Source: Octopus vulgaris (Eukaryota). From it: a DNA stretch of 64,000 bases. Location: assembly GCA_951406725.2 (NCBI GenBank), contig OX597822.1, forward strand, positions 78,864,001 to 78,928,000, in the 5' to 3' direction. The notes beneath the pieces are model-generated. The model was not told where the DNA came from and made no database searches. It saw only the letters and a program-made list of their open reading frames with translations. Both the position numbers and the translations under genes were made by a program. The first letter of the stretch is position 1; each line of letters starts with the position of its first letter. Below, piece by piece: positions 14,301-29,298 of the stretch.

Positions 14301-16090
14301 TGTCCCTTTACTCATACTCTAACATGTCATTTGGCACAAAGCCACCTTCCTCGATACCCCAGCCCCACTCCCGTTGTTGGGTCTTCTAAATTATTTGGTG
14401 ACCTCATTGTTGCTGGTGTCACATAAAAAGCACCCAGCACCCTAGTTGGAATTAGGAAGGATATCTAGCCATAGAAACCATGCCAAAGCAGACAGTAGAG
14501 CTTGGCACAAGCTTCTTACTTGCCAACACTTGTAAAATCGTTCACTCCATACCAGCATGGAAAGAGGAAATTAGATGATGATGGTAATGATGATGAATGA
14601 ATATTTGCATATTTGTTCTTAATACTTCTGGGCAGGTTCAGACGTGAAATATGCCAATCATTGTAATGTAAGTCAAAAGAGAAAAGCTTCTGTCTTTTAT
14701 GATGATAGTGTGTTCAACACACTTCGACTCATTGCCACAGGGGTTTCTGGGACATGATGATGATGATGATATATATATATATATACCTATATGTGTGTGA
14801 TAAGCTTTTTTCAGTTTCTGTTTACCAAATCCACCCACAAAGTGTTGGTTGACTCAGGGGTAAAGTTGAAAACACTTGCCTAATGTGTTGTGCAGTGGAG
14901 CAGAACCCAAGACCACATGGTTGGGAAGCAGGCTTCTTAATTACATTTTGGGAAAATGTATGCAGGTAATCTATAACAGCTGACTAACCTTCATAACCAT
15001 GTGTTAGTGTTTGTTCACAGTAAATTGTGTTACAGTTCCTCTTTCAGTGCCAAATGTGCTGCTGACAAAAAGAAAATACTTCTTTTTTCTTGCGAAAATC
15101 TGGCGGAACATGTGTTACTGTTTTGGTAATTCTTTCAGTTTAAAACATGCCTAAAATTTTTTAGACTAGCCGAGTAGAGAGCTCTATATTGTTAATGTGA
15201 AATTGCTTGGTTCTTTACATGCAGGGAATTAAACTGTAAAATGTGTAGCTTGTCCAAAGAGAGAAATGAGTGATGTGAACAGCTTGTTCAGTCTATAACC
15301 GGATAATTTAGCAATCTACTATCAAAAGGAAAGTATAACAGCTAGCATCCTCATCATCCTCATGCAGTGTTGTCTACTTTCATGTGGTTGAACTCTGTGT
15401 ACTGCTATCTTGGTCTTATACTGTTTTTATGCATTCACTGCATTTTAAGTTAGTCCAATTCTTCATATTATCATTCCATATAATTCTTAGATTTTCCCCT
15501 TCCACTTTTCTCCTTCGTCTTATCTTCTAATAATAGACTCTATAAATATATATTTCCAATTACTGTATTTGTTGGCATATCGCCCCCCCCCACCTACAAA
15601 AAAATGCCTTGAAAGATCACATTATATCCTATATGTGAAGTTGGGCTTCCTATAGGCTAATTTTATTCCTGATGCTCACTACTATAGGCTAATTTTAATC
15701 TAGATAGTCTCTTCTACTTAGCTTGACTCCATATTAATAATATTTACTTAACATCACTATTATTACTTGTACTTTAATGTTTTGTAAACTACTTTTTAAC
15801 TCTTTCATAGAGTCTAATTTTGTTGTTGATAGTCTAGGTATTTAATCCTTGGTTTTCTATTGTGTCATTGATGTTCTCAGAAATTCAAAGGCTTTTAATT
15901 TATTTGCTAATAGTTTTGTTAATGACCATGTTTTTCAATGGCGTATAATCAAGGGAAACAAATATAACATACTAGCAGAGATACCCAGTTGTTGAGTGTC
16001 CCACCCAAAAGAAATCGATGCTAGATGTGTCGAAACAATTATCATGATTAACAATAAATTCTCATATACTCCATCTTCTGTTTTTTATTT

Positions 16091-16232
<142 letters not shown>

Positions 16233-17772
16233 TTGAAACATATTGAAAATACAAACATTGTTTAACAAGTTTCTAAATGAAATTTTTCAGATGTATTTAC
16301 TTTGTCCTTAGGGGCTGATTTAAACATAAATAAAACCAGAGTTGATCATCATTGCCAAAAATCAATAGATAGGATTATTCTGTTGAACAAATGTGTTCAA
16401 ATGAATAAGATCATGATCATCTACAGCTGGTTGCCTGTTGCCAACCCGCACCTATTTCCAAGCAAACTAATATTTCCCCAATATTTCCCCATGGCTACAG
16501 AGGATTTCATGACTGGCTCTCATTTACAACTATCACATGATGTCAAAGCCAGGAGACAGCAACACACACACACACACACACGTGATAGGCTTCTGTTAAG
16601 TCTACTCACTTTTGTTGGTCCAGAGCTATAGTAGAAGACACTAGCCTAAGATGCCATGCAGTAGGACTGAACGCAGAACCATGTGGTTGGGAAGCAAACT
16701 TCTTATGACATAGCTGAACCTACACCGCCATCAGTTTTGATGCAAATATCCTAGTTGTTTGATTATCTCTAAACAATCTAGTCAATGAATTATAATGTAA
16801 GTGGATATGAATAATAAGCATCTGTGACTGAGTATTCTACAGACATTTATAGCCTTAACATAATCTTCGTAGAGGATCAGTGTGACAATGTAGAAGAAGG
16901 TTAGGTTTGAATAACCAGTAAAATATGCTAAACAACACTGCTGTATGTATATCACTACATCTATCCTTGTCTATCATGAGAGTTTGGTTCCAAAATAACA
17001 CTGTGATAAGTGAATCATCTTTGTAAATGGAATGAAAGATTCATTGCCACTAAGCACACAGTCCACAGCAGCGAAGCTTCCACCATCTTGTATTTTCTTG
17101 GTCACCTCAAACTTTTCCTGTTCAGAATACATTTGTCTATGTCATTTGTGAGGATCAGGGGCCTTTTTATTTTTTCTGTTCATTGGTCCCATGTTGATGG
17201 GTACTGAAATTTCAGTACTAGAGTACAGAACAGACAGTTTCAGACTGACGAGCGTCTGTAAGGAGAACAGAATTGCCGTATTGGAATTATGGCTTTATTC
17301 AACTTCTTTGACAGATATGGTAGACAAATCATAATTTTCGCCAGTGAGTTGAGAATGAGTTAACTACAACGACATGATGCAGTTTGGTAAATGAAAAACA
17401 AGCCAAAATAGTTACGTATAAAAAAAAACATACATGAACAGCATGTATATTTTCCTATAAACATGTATATGCAAACAACATAGACATGCATACACACAGT
17501 CCATTGCATTCTCACAACAGGTACAAATACATCAATCCATATAAAAAGATAAACAACCTCACAGCATGGCCATGCAAACATTAGCAATAGTCAGTACATT
17601 CTGGGCAGCTGAGCATTATATACTTTTGCAGTACAAGCAGAATCTTCAGTTGATCACCAAACTGGTGTTACCACAGATCAAGCCATGGTAAGTGTAATGT
17701 GGTTCACAATTGAGCATACCATGTTATCCAAGGTCAGTGATGAATAAATCAGTGATAAATTAAGCTACATAC

Positions 17773-17989
17773 TCTCTCTTTACTCTCTCTTTTACTTGTT
17801 TCAGTCATTTGACTGCTGCCATGCTGGAGCACCGCGTTTAATTGAGCAACTCGACCCCAGGACTTATTCTTTGTAAGCCCAGTACTTATTCTATCGGTCT
17901 CTTTGCCGAACCGCTAAGTGACAGGGACATAAACACACCAGCATCGGCTGTCAAGCGATGTTGAGGGGACAAACACAGACATACAAACT

Positions 17990-18021
<32 letters not shown>

Positions 18022-18188
18022 CATATATACGACGGGCTTCTTTCAGTTTCTGTCTACCAAATCCACTCACAAGGCTTTGGTCGGCCCGAGGCTATAGTAG
18101 AAGACATTTGTCCAAGGTGCCACGCAGTGGGACTGAACCTGGAACCATGTGGTTGGTAAACAAGCTACTAACCACACAGCCACTCCTG
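17773..18188 (-). mobile_element. tRNA-derived SINE family 1 copy
   Basis: reverse-complement match to 35995-36391. Confidence 0.85.
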
Positions 18189-18369
18189 GTATAGTGTAAT
18201 GTGTGTGATGGAAGTATAAAGCAAATGGCTTAGTGATCCTCAAGGAAACTCAGCATGATACTAGTTAACAAGATTAGCCAGCCCTTTAATTTGAATTTCA
18301 GTATAGTCCATCAGATAGGCTTCGACAGTTTCTATCTTCCCAATTTTACTCACAAGTTTTGAATGAAGT

Positions 18370-18936
18370 TGTAGCAGAGCTACACATTACATAGTAATAT
18401 GTGAGTTGACCTGCACAGCAGACAAATATATCGATGAGGCATCTAGCCTTGCTTTGATACACTAGCCTTGCTTTGATACACTAGCTTTGCTTTGATACAG
18501 TAGCCTCGTTCTGAGCTACATGGTGAAAACGTCCTCAGTTCCTGCCAGGCCTTGGTCAAAGACATGTCTTCTCTGCAGCTCCATGTGCAATCTCCCACGT
18601 GTGACTTGCATGTCTATCACCTCGACACAAGACATATGGTTTGTAACAAAGATATTTTGTCACACACACATTCTCAAAATGACTGTTCGCATTGCACACA
18701 TGCATACATACTGTAATACAAATATTATATGTTACTTCTTTCTGTGCAAAAGTAAAAATTAGAACTTTATTTGTATGTAAACACACATGTTTTTGTATCA
18801 TACTAGATACTTCCACTACAATAGGTGAACACAGAATAAACAATATATTTATACACAAAAAAGTCTTATGGTGATTCATACTAACTGTTTATCTATTTAA
18901 TAACACGCACTTGAACAGCCAATGACAGCCGCTACA
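18370..18936 (+). mobile_element. Solo LTR (Ty3/gypsy-like), about 565 bp
   Basis: TGTAGC ... GCTACA termini; flanks AAGT / AACT (degenerate 4-bp TSD); AATAAA near 18835; second copy at 52719-53262. Confidence 0.7.
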
Positions 18937-20955
18937 AACTCAGGCTATGATAGAAAACATTTACCAGAGTTTTTCCCTACATAATTCTGTGACATTTCCT
19001 GAGGTCACTAGGTGCTCCATGTCTTTCATTAATCAGACACGCTCACCCAGTTGACCCACCCAGGGTTAATCAAGTCCAAGCTTGTGTCTAATTAGCATTA
19101 CCCTTGCTAGCATTGCCTCTACCAGTTCTCACATCTGATTTACAGCCACTTTGAAGCAATCTCTGTTGCCTCCATAGCCAGTTCGATGGCCTTCTACCTA
19201 CTGGTCCCTGTGATGCCCAGCATGTTGTAAGCTGTGCAGCAGGATTGGCTATAAATTCTCTGTATCCTGCCTGAGTAGGATCATACTCGCTACCCATTGC
19301 TTTAGCATACCTTCACAGGTTCACTCAGCATATTACTTTTTTCTCTCTCATTATAGTCTTCTAAATGCAGTCCTCTCAGGAAAGTTCTAACGGAACCACC
19401 TGCTTAGATGCCTTTGATTCAGTACCATGCCTGGTCTTAGTAATGTTGACATGACAGTTTCTGAGAACTTCAGCTACTTTGCCAGGCTAACTTTCAGTTC
19501 CCAGTCTTTTGCTGTTGCAAATAGGGCTGGGGAGATGGGCATAACATCTGACCTCCTCTTCACACTGCCTTTGACAAAGGGGTACCAGGTAGTGTGACCA
19601 AACCAATAACCTCATGATTTTGAAGTGAACTTCTTAACATTGGGGCAATATTGAAGTGTACCATGTCTGGTTGTACTTTTTTTTAACTGACCACATGTCA
19701 TTTTTGACTTCGTGAGAAAACAGTTTAAACTTGGGAGGACATGTACTTTTCAAATCTGTGTTAGAATATATTTATCTGTTTGTTTTAAACAGGGCATTCT
19801 ACGTGTGCCTACGTAAGGAATTTGGTAAACAAACATAAGCAGAAATGCAAATAACTGGTGCCAAATATTTGGCTATAAACTTGTTTATATAATATTTATT
19901 AACTTGATAAATTGAATTAAAAATATATTAGCTTTAGGTTTTTGGAATAGAATTTTGATAGATATATCTTTAAGAGATAACGTTTCTAGTAGTGTGTGTA
20001 AATAATGCATATACACACATGCACACATACATATGTTTATATATATATATATATATATATAAACATTTGTGTGTTGTGTATATATATATATATATATATA
20101 TGTACAAACACACACATGCTCACACACTCAATTCAAATTTAAAGAAAACAAAAAACGAAGACTGATGTAAGAACAACAAACTGGTGTATTAGTTTAATAC
20201 TCAGGAAAAATAGAAGAGTCTTTATATATATGCTTATGTTTATATATATAGACATACGTATATACATATATTTATCAATGTCATCATACATATATACTAT
20301 GAACTTTTCTGTCATTAGATGGCAGACAAGGGTCCACAGCTTCTTGCTGAGTAACACATGTTTAGTTTATAGTGAATGGATGTTTGTGTTTACAAAAGTT
20401 CAATCCTGCAATCAAATTGCCGTATGTATAGGTGCTCATGTGTGCCCTATGTCAGATGTTGAAGTGATGGCAGGGCAATGTCAAATAAAGTGTTTTGCTC
20501 AAGAACACAATGTGCCACCCAGTCAGGGAATTGACTCCACAATCTAGCGATCATGAGTGCAACACCCTAGCCACTAAGCCAAAACAGTGCAAATTATAGA
20601 GTAATACAGATTGATAGTTTCAATTGGTATTTCAATATTCCAGGGTTACAACCCCCTCTCCAGGAAATCTTAGGAGAAAAGTTGTTATCCACTGACATTT
20701 CTGGATATCACAGGACAGAGAAGTCAATAGGATCCTGCTGTGATTAGGACACAGATTGTGTCATATAGCTAGCTGGAGATGATGTCTCTTGGGGCTAAAT
20801 TACTGCAACATTCATCCTAAACTAGAACTGCCATGTTATGTTGGCAAATAATCTTTACTCTAGAGAAGTCAACGTATAACAGCTTTTCTCCAAAGATTTC
20901 CAGGGAAGGGTCATAGCCTTTTATAACTTGATAGGAAAGATATGTAATCAGTATA

Positions 20956-21173
20956 CAGTAATCCCTTGACTATCGCAGGTGTTACGTTCCAAAACCCTTG
21001 TGCGATAGGTGAAAATCTGCGAAGTAGGAGCAGTAATGTACTATTTATTTTTAAAATTATTTTTATAATTTGTATATACTTATTATAAATGCAAAACAGC
21101 ACCATGGAGGAATCAATGTAAGCTTAAATAATAAACCGTGATAGGTGAACTGTGATATGACAAGGGATTACTG
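20956..21173. mobile_element. Tigger/pogo-like MITE
   Basis: TA|CAGTAATCCCTTG ... CAAGGGATTACTG. Confidence 0.75.
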
Positions 21174-21912
21174 CATACATACATGCATACATACATACCT
21201 ATACACACAGACATGCACACCAAGATTTGGGTAAAAACTTTGTAGAATGCTATGCTAAGCTTGTCTACAGTTACTGGCTACCTGATGTGGAAATGTTCCT
21301 GCTACTGAATATACATCGGGGAATTCCTTCCATAGTAGCTGGTGCGTGGGGCGGTCAGGTTGACTATAATTTGTAATTCTATCGTCATGATCAGATTATA
21401 AGGAAGAAAGTCTTAAATAGAGTAAAGAATAAAATCTAGCATTTAAAGATAATAAAACTGACCATTTCAGTACTGTTTCTCTGAAGTTTAATTTAAAACT
21501 ATATATAGATGGAGGAGTGGGTGTGTGGAAAGTAGCTTGCTTACCAACCAACATGGTTCCGTTCTGTCCCACTGTGTGGCACCTTGGGTAAGTGTCTTCT
21601 TCTATAGCCTTGGGCTGACCAAAGCCTTATGAGTGGATTTGGTAGACGAAAACTGAAAGAAGCCCGTCGTATATATGTATATATATTTATATGTGTTTGT
21701 GTGTGTATGTTTGTGTGTCTGTGTTTGTCCCCACAACATTGCTTGATAACCAATGCTGGTGTGTTTACGTCCACTAACTTAGTGGTTCAATAAAATAGAT
21801 AGAATAATACTATGCTTACAAAGAATAAGTCCTGGGGTCACTTTGCTTGACTAAAGGCAGTGCTCCAGCATGGCCGCAGTCAAATGACTGAAACAAATAA
21901 AAAATATATATA

Positions 21913-23187
21913 TTGGGTCATCCCATAAATAATTCAGTTTTTTCAGTTGCATGAACTAAAAGTCAGAGGAGGACGGGATAAACTACCTGCATGAACTTGT
22001 TATAAAAGCAGGTAGTAATTTTACCTTGTGCTTATTCTTAGTGCAAGTTTTGGAGAGTGCAGTTTGATTTTAAGTTATTTTTTCAAAGCTATAATGGAAG
22101 TGACAAAGGAGCATATTTGGCATATTTTTCTTTATGAGTTCAATAAAGGTAACAACGCAATGGAAAGTGTGGGGAATGTTAATGCAGTATATGGGGATCG
22201 GACAATAAGTGTAAGTCAGTGTCAACGGTGGTTGCAGAAATTCTGAGTCAGAAACTACAACCTAAAATACGAGTCTCAGTTTGGAAGATCTGTAGAGCTT
22301 GACGAGGATGTCCTGCAAGCCATGATGGAACAAAATCCCATCGTAACTGTTAAAGAACAAGCAGAGAAGCTTGGATTTTGGTCATTCAACCATTCATCGA
22401 CACCTGTGTGCTATTGTGAAAGTCAGTAGATTGGGTCAATAGGTTTCTCACAAACTTTCCGAGTGTAATCGATGCACAGAGAGTGAATGTGTGCTCTTGT
22501 TTGTTGCCACGTCTTACGAATGTACCTTTTGCGGACCGAATAGTGACTGGTTATGAGAAATGGGTCCTATATAAAAATGTCAAGTGCCGAAGACAGTGGG
22601 TAAGGAAAGGAGAAACACTGGTACTCCAGGCTAAAGAAGGTCTTCACCCACATAAGATGTTCTTATCTCTTTTGTGGGATATGAAAGATTTAGTCCACTC
22701 TGAACTTTTAAACCCAAACCAAATGATAAAGGAGATTTACTGCAAGCAGCTTGAGTGGCTTAAGTCAGCGCTAGAAGAAAAATGACCATCTTTGGTTTCA
22801 AGATGAAAGGTGTTCATCCATCAGGATAATGCTTGGCCACATACAGCGAGGATGACATTCCAAAGGCTGGGGCAGTTTGAATGGAAAATGATGTTCCACC
22901 CACCATATTCGCTGGACATTGCCCTATCTGATTATCATTTATTCTACAGTCTTCAAAATCATTTGAACGGAATAATATGTATTCTGTAGATGAGGTCAGA
23001 ACAGTACTGAAAGTGCATGTTTTTTTGTCACAGACAAGTGAATTTTGGAAGAAGGTCCTTGCAAGTCTACCAGTGAGATTGAAGAGCATTGTAAAAAATG
23101 ATGGACAGTATATTTCAGATTAAAACGAACTTTACCTTAATTTTGAAAAATAAAAGTATAAACCACATTATTTATGGGATGACCCAA
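21913..23187 (+). mobile_element. Full-length degenerate mariner (DD34D) element, 1275 bp
   Basis: TA TSDs; perfect 21-bp TIR TTGGGTCATCCCATAAATAAT; transposase remnant 22094-23123 with RIVTGYEKW, HQDNAWPH and PPYSLDIALSDY, broken by stops and frameshifts. Confidence 0.93.
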
Positions 23188-23352
23188 TATATGTATATAT
23201 ATATATAATAATAATAATAATTTGAGGGAATATTATTCCAAACTTACAGGGAAAAATTCAATTTAGAAATACTAAATCAAATTTCACAAAATATAATATA
23301 TATATAAATTAGAAAAAAACCACCTTTTATCAATTCAAGATGAAAAATTAAA

Positions 23353-23561
23353 TTACACCATCTAGAAAATTACATATAATAGAAATATTAAATATAAGAT
23401 AAAAAACTATAACGATGATTAAGCAATGTGCAAAATAATAAATAAAATGTATAGACCAAATATATGTTTTATTTATTATTTTGCACATTACTTAATCATC
23501 AGTATATTTTTTTATCTTATATTTAATATTTCTATTATATGTAATTTTCTAGATGGTGTAA
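23353..23561. repeat. AT-rich near-perfect palindrome with ~95-bp arms
   Basis: ttacaccatctagaaaattacatataatag ... ctattatatgtaattttctagatggtgtaa. Confidence 0.85.
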
Positions 23562-24489
23562 AACTTACATAAAACTTACTATTTCTATTTATAACACATT
23601 TGTAATGTTTCTTTTTTTGTTTTATTTCTCTTTGGTAAATAATGCAATCATTATTATTGTACTCTCATTTTTTCCATTTAGTTTAGAATTTAGTTACCTC
23701 TATTTTTCTCTGACTTCTAATCCCAATTGGGCTGCTTTTGCTTTCAACCTTTGTTACTAAAATAAGTCTTGTAGAACTGTTTCTTCTTTGTCCATTTCAT
23801 GAATTGCCTTTTAGGGTGGGGTCCGCAGGAAGAATTGCAAGTGAGATATGTTAACCATCTGTGGAAAATGCTCACTGTTTAATTTCAATTCCAACTTGTT
23901 GGTTATTTCATGTTACTTACACCACGTATTTCTTTGAGAAAAGCATGAACATCAAGCAATCTCATTGCCTACTTAAGAGACCAATATTTTATTGAGTAAT
24001 GGCAACTAGTATAAAGTAAATGTCAATTCTCAGTGTAAGCAATTGATGTATGATATAATTTAATTCCTGGTGATAGTGACCTGTCATTTCTACAAATTTT
24101 GTTTTCTCACTAAGTAAACCAGAAACTGTACTAATATTGTGGCAGAGGTGGAAGAGCTCTGTAACCCTATTTGGTCATTAGAGCACCATTGAATTCTTGG
24201 CTTTATTGTGATTTCAAGAAAAGGAAAAAAAAAAATTATTTGAATAAGTCTGTACTGTGCTCTACTGTGTTAGCAAGTGTGCTTTACATCACTTGTTTAG
24301 GTTTTCTATAGAATATCTGTAAAGATAACCTCCCAATGTGTTGCTCAGGCCTACAGGAAGATTTGAACCTAGCCCTGCAAGCTGAAAAAAAATAAGCAAG
24401 CACTTCTAAGTTTGTGTGTGTTGCTGATGTCTATAGACTTGCCTGGTAAGAAAGTGGTGAGAAACTATCATGAGAGTTGAACAGCAGGA

Positions 24490-26163
24490 GGTCTTCTGCC
24501 ATTGACCCGACACCAGCATTGGCCACGATTATGATCTCACTTGGTTTCACAAGTCTTTACAAGCATGGAATATCGCCAAAGGCCTCAATCACGTGTCACT
24601 GCCTCTGTGAGGTCCAACACTCAAATAGTGCTTTGTACATGTCACCAGCACAAATGCCAGTCAGATGGCACTGGCATTTGCCATGACTGTAATTTCACTT
24701 GGCTTGACAGGTCTACTCGAGCACAACATATCGCCCAACGTCTGAAGAGTGATTTTTATGTGCCAGTTACATGCCACTGGCATTGGCCACAATTACGATC
24801 TTGGCTTGATGGGTCTTCTCAAACACAGGGCATATTGCCAAAGGTCTCAGTCACTTGTCATTGCATCTGTGAGGCCCAACTAATCTTCACCACCTTGTCT
24901 CATGTCTTCTTGGGTCTACTTCTTCCACAGGTTCCCTCCACCATTAAGAGTGCAACACTTCTTCACACAGCTGTCCTCATCCATACATATCACATGACCA
25001 TACCAGCACAGTCATCTCTCTTGAACACCATATCTGATGTCTCATGCCCTGCATTTCTCTCAGAATGCTTACACTCTGTCATGCATGCACACTGACATTA
25101 CACATCCAGTGAAGCATACTAGCTTCATATCTTACGAGCCTGTACATGTCCTCCGCAGTCACAACCCATGTTCCTCTGCCGTGTAGTATGGTTGTTCACA
25201 CATAGGCATCATACAGTCTGCCTTTCACTCTGAGAGAGAGTCTCGTTGTTACCAGTAGAGGTAGGAGCTATCTGAACTTTACCCAGCCTATTCTTATTCT
25301 AGCATCCACCTCTGCTACTGATTTAGTCACCTAGGTAACAGAAGCTATCAACTACTTCTAGTTTTCCGCCCCGGCATGTGATGAAGTTTATTTCTATACA
25401 TTTTTAGTGTTAATGGTATCTGTGTACCTTCCACACATGGAAACTATTTTCCCCCTTAACCCTTCTCTGATAGTGTTGCGCCTTTTATGTGTCCATATCT
25501 TACACTGGGTACATCTTATGAAGTTTCTACCTACACCTTTTCTACCAATCGAGCAGGGCCATCTACCTGAACAGATTTGTGATTTGTCTGTTTGCCTACT
25601 TATAAAGATTTTGGTTTATGCTAGATTGACTCTAAGGCCCTTTGATTCTAGACCTTGCTTCCATGTCTGAAATTTCTTAAGTTCTGGCAGTGATTCAGTT
25701 ATAAGATCAAGGTCATCAGCATAGAGGCAGCCTGTCTTAAATTCCTGTTATTTCTTGGAGGACTATGATGAACAAAAGGGGGCTGAGGACTGATCCTTGG
25801 TGAACCCCTACTTGTGCCCTGAATTCATCACTATACTCATTGCTAACCTTCACCTTACTAATAGCATCCATATACATACTTTGTACAGCTCCCCCCAACC
25901 ACTCATCTATCCCTAGCTTCAACATTGACCACCAGATAAAGGAGTAGGGAACTCTGTCAAAGGCTTTCTCCATGTTGACAAAGGATTTTTTTTTTTTGCT
26001 TGACATTTCTCCTGCAGTTGCCTAACCAGGAATATAGCAGGAGTCATGCTCCTGCCTGGCACAAATCTGAACTGCATCTCATCAACACTAATTCTCTCCC
26101 TAATTAATTGGGTTATGGCCCCCTCTGTAACTTTCATCATCTGATCTAACAATTTGATATCTC
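24490..26163 (-). mobile_element. 5'-truncated RTE-clade LINE (RT, C-terminus, part of 3' UTR), degenerate
   Basis: QFRFVPGRS, MEKAFDRVP, GVHQGSVLSPLLF, LYADDL, FCYLG motifs; frameshifts. Confidence 0.9.
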
Positions 26164-26769
26164 ACTTTCATCACCTGATTGATTGTTATGGTAGCAGTTA
26201 ATAATTAAGAACTGTGTCAGTGAATAATTGGCAATCTTTGTTCACATTTCAAATTCCGAAACCCAGTACCGGGATGAAGATTGTTAAAATCACTTTATCC
26301 CCAGGTTTGTTTAGAACAAGACTATGTGTGTGTAACATTCTTACATTGATAGGACCATCAAACAAAAATGAAATTGGTCTTTGATATAAAGAGACTTAAT
26401 CAAACTGATGGCTGAATGACTAAATTAATTTAAAAGTGTAATTTTAAAAAATTACAAGAACATAGTCATTGGGTCTTAGAGTGTTAATACTTGGTAAGTG
26501 TACAGTTGTCTTGGTTCTTCCACAAGCTATCCAAGGTAGCAACAACAGGCCTCTTTTATGTATATGCTTGTGTGTTATAACTTATCCATTCAATTATTTG
26601 GACTTGTGTGAGTGTGTTGTGGTGCGTGTGTATATGCATATGTATTTGTAAATTTATAATACATGTGTGTGTGCATATAAGTAGTTATCTATATGTAAGT
26701 GTGTTGTAAATATATTCATGTTTCTATTTAGACAACCTACATGCACACACATGGATACATATTAGCATA

Positions 26770-26803
<34 letters not shown>

Positions 26804-28348
26804 CATGCATACACACACACAAACACAAACATATATAGAAACATACATTTATGTACATACATAAAAGCTTAATGGATAAACTTACTGTGATAAGGAGAGA
26901 AGAGATGCCACAACTTGCTTGGAGGTCAACATTTGTTGATTGCTAAGTAAATATACACTAATGTACAAATGGCTTTTGTTATATGTCCTTGTGTGTGAGT
27001 GAGTGTGTGTGCATGTGTGTGTATGTGTGTGTATGATACCTGGATTCTCTACAGTAAATTACAGTTGAGATTTATTCATGTCAACAGTAAAAGTATTTGG
27101 TTCCAGAAACCACAAGCATTGTTGGATCTCCAAGAACCACTGAAATGGGACTAGTATTTCATAATTCTCTTCTTTGCTCCCTCATATGAGGGTATTTTTT
27201 TTTTTAAGTATTTATCTCCCATAAGATTCTTGGAACAACAAAGGAAATCTGTCTGTGTGGTTTATTTCTTGCTCTAAAAATGTCAGTATATGTTAAGTGT
27301 GAATGTGTGTTATCTCTTAAATTTTACCTATAAATTTTTCTTTATTACCCATTTCTCATTTTGTCTAAATATTTACCTTAATGAATATATAAGTTCTGCA
27401 TATAGTAAGATTGATAAAAAGTGTATAGTGAACTTGCTGTGGGAAATGGAAAATCCATTCTTTAAAGAAAAGTTGACTGGTTGCACACAGTTATATAAAA
27501 CTCTGCTTTCTCTCATTAATTTCTCTCCTGTCAACTTTTCTGTGAAGAAAGACTTGAAAACACAGGGTTTTCCACTCACCATGGCGAGTTCACTGTACTT
27601 TTTTTTCACAATCAATGGAGTACAAAGCTCTCCTCATGAATGCAGGTTTGTGAGATGGTTGTCATCTGTAAAGTTTTGAGTAGGAACCAGAAAAAGAAGT
27701 ATGGACATGCAGAACATGAAATGGAAGAGAAGAATACAAATGCTATGCACTTGTCAGAATAAAAGGGAAGGGAATAAAAATGCAATGTCAAATAAGTTAT
27801 ATGATTGTCTGTGCGCCACATCTGGTACCACTATAATGCAGCTTTGGTGCAATTTTCTTATTTACGGATCTTACTAAATGCCTTGCCAACTCAAACCAAC
27901 ACCAGTCTCTTTGGAGTCTCTTTGATCATATATATATATATACCTGTCCATTTTGATATCTATTAACCCTTAAATAGCAGACATCAATTGATGTTTCAAA
28001 AATTTTACATAGATGTGGCCATCATCAATTGGTGCCCAGCATCTCTTTCATTAAATGTGTCAAAACATAAATGGCTCTTATCGATAGGAGAAGCCAAGTC
28101 AGGAATGGAAAATTTATACAGCAATTTTTTCTGACTTGCCTCCTTTATCAAACGAGGTAGATGATGGTGATGACACAGAAGAAAGTGATAGAAAAAGTGC
28201 ATCGAGTTTTCTCTATTTATACATTTGTTTGACAGCATTGCAGGAATCTCAATGAATTTATGCTGATGTTAGATATGCAAAGAGAATATGTTGCAGCACT
28301 TTTTGACTATGAGATTCTAAATTTTCATAGATTTTTGTATTTATTGAA

Positions 28349-28579
28349 CCCTTTAGCATTCAGATTACTCTTGTCAAATGTGATGCTTATTTATTCACAT
28401 TGTCTTGAATTAACCATGCATTATCTCATAGCTTCAAGATTTTGATAATGTAATTATGAAATTGTAGGGTAGATCTGGTAGGTTAGACCATAAAACCTTA
28501 ACAAGTGATGTAAAGCACACTGCTAACACAGTAGACCATAAAACAGGTAGAATATTTAGCTGGTTTAAATGCTAAAGTG
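28349..28579. mobile_element. piggyBac-type MITE, same family as 41742-41953
   Basis: ccctttagcattcagattactc ... aaatgctaaagtg; internal similarity to the other copy in reverse complement. Confidence 0.6.
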
Positions 28580-29298
28580 AAAATAAATATAAAAATTACC
28601 CTTAAGAAAAAAAGCTATTTTTTTTTGTTTTCTGGTTGTTTGGTACACACATTCATTCTGGAAGCAGAAGTAATTTTGATAAATCAACAGTTTTTGTTAT
28701 TAATATACCCTTATTCATCTTTGTTATTATTATTGTCAGTTCAAAATCATAGTATAATAACAGTGATAGTTGTTTTTCCTTGCTCATAGTTCTGTTGTAT
28801 GTTGATACAACCAGTTCTTGTTTAGTCTCAGTTCATTCTTGATCAGTGAAGTACCCTCTAAATCTAGCCATGATGATCCAGCCATTATGATCTTTTTTTT
28901 TTTTTACCAGCTATAGTGCATCTAGGATTACATAATTCTATGTGTAATTTCATTTCATCAAGATATTTGGATGTGATTTTAGGGAGGTCTTGCTACTATT
29001 TTGTCTCAAGGTATCATGGTAGCTATTTGCAGTGAGTTGTACTCTGGGTGTGAATGATGTGTCTTGGTCATAGACATCAGTGGTGTTGTGCCCATGATCT
29101 ACCACATATCTGTCTGTCTGTCTAGCTAGCTACAGGCATACATATATTCATACATACATCCACTAATTGTTTGACTGATAAACCAATTCATGGTAATGGC
29201 TTGTATTTTAGCCCCAAGTTTGCTCCAATGAAGAAGATCTGTGATCAGAGATATTCAAGCAATGACCATCCCATCTTTTATAAATCTATGAAATTTAA

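Noticed and set aside
27290-28445. Possible exons or ORFs in non-repetitive-looking sequence
   Set aside because: No recognisable domain and no consistent splice/frame chain; stops occur in all frames. A similarity search would be needed to exclude an old pseudogene.
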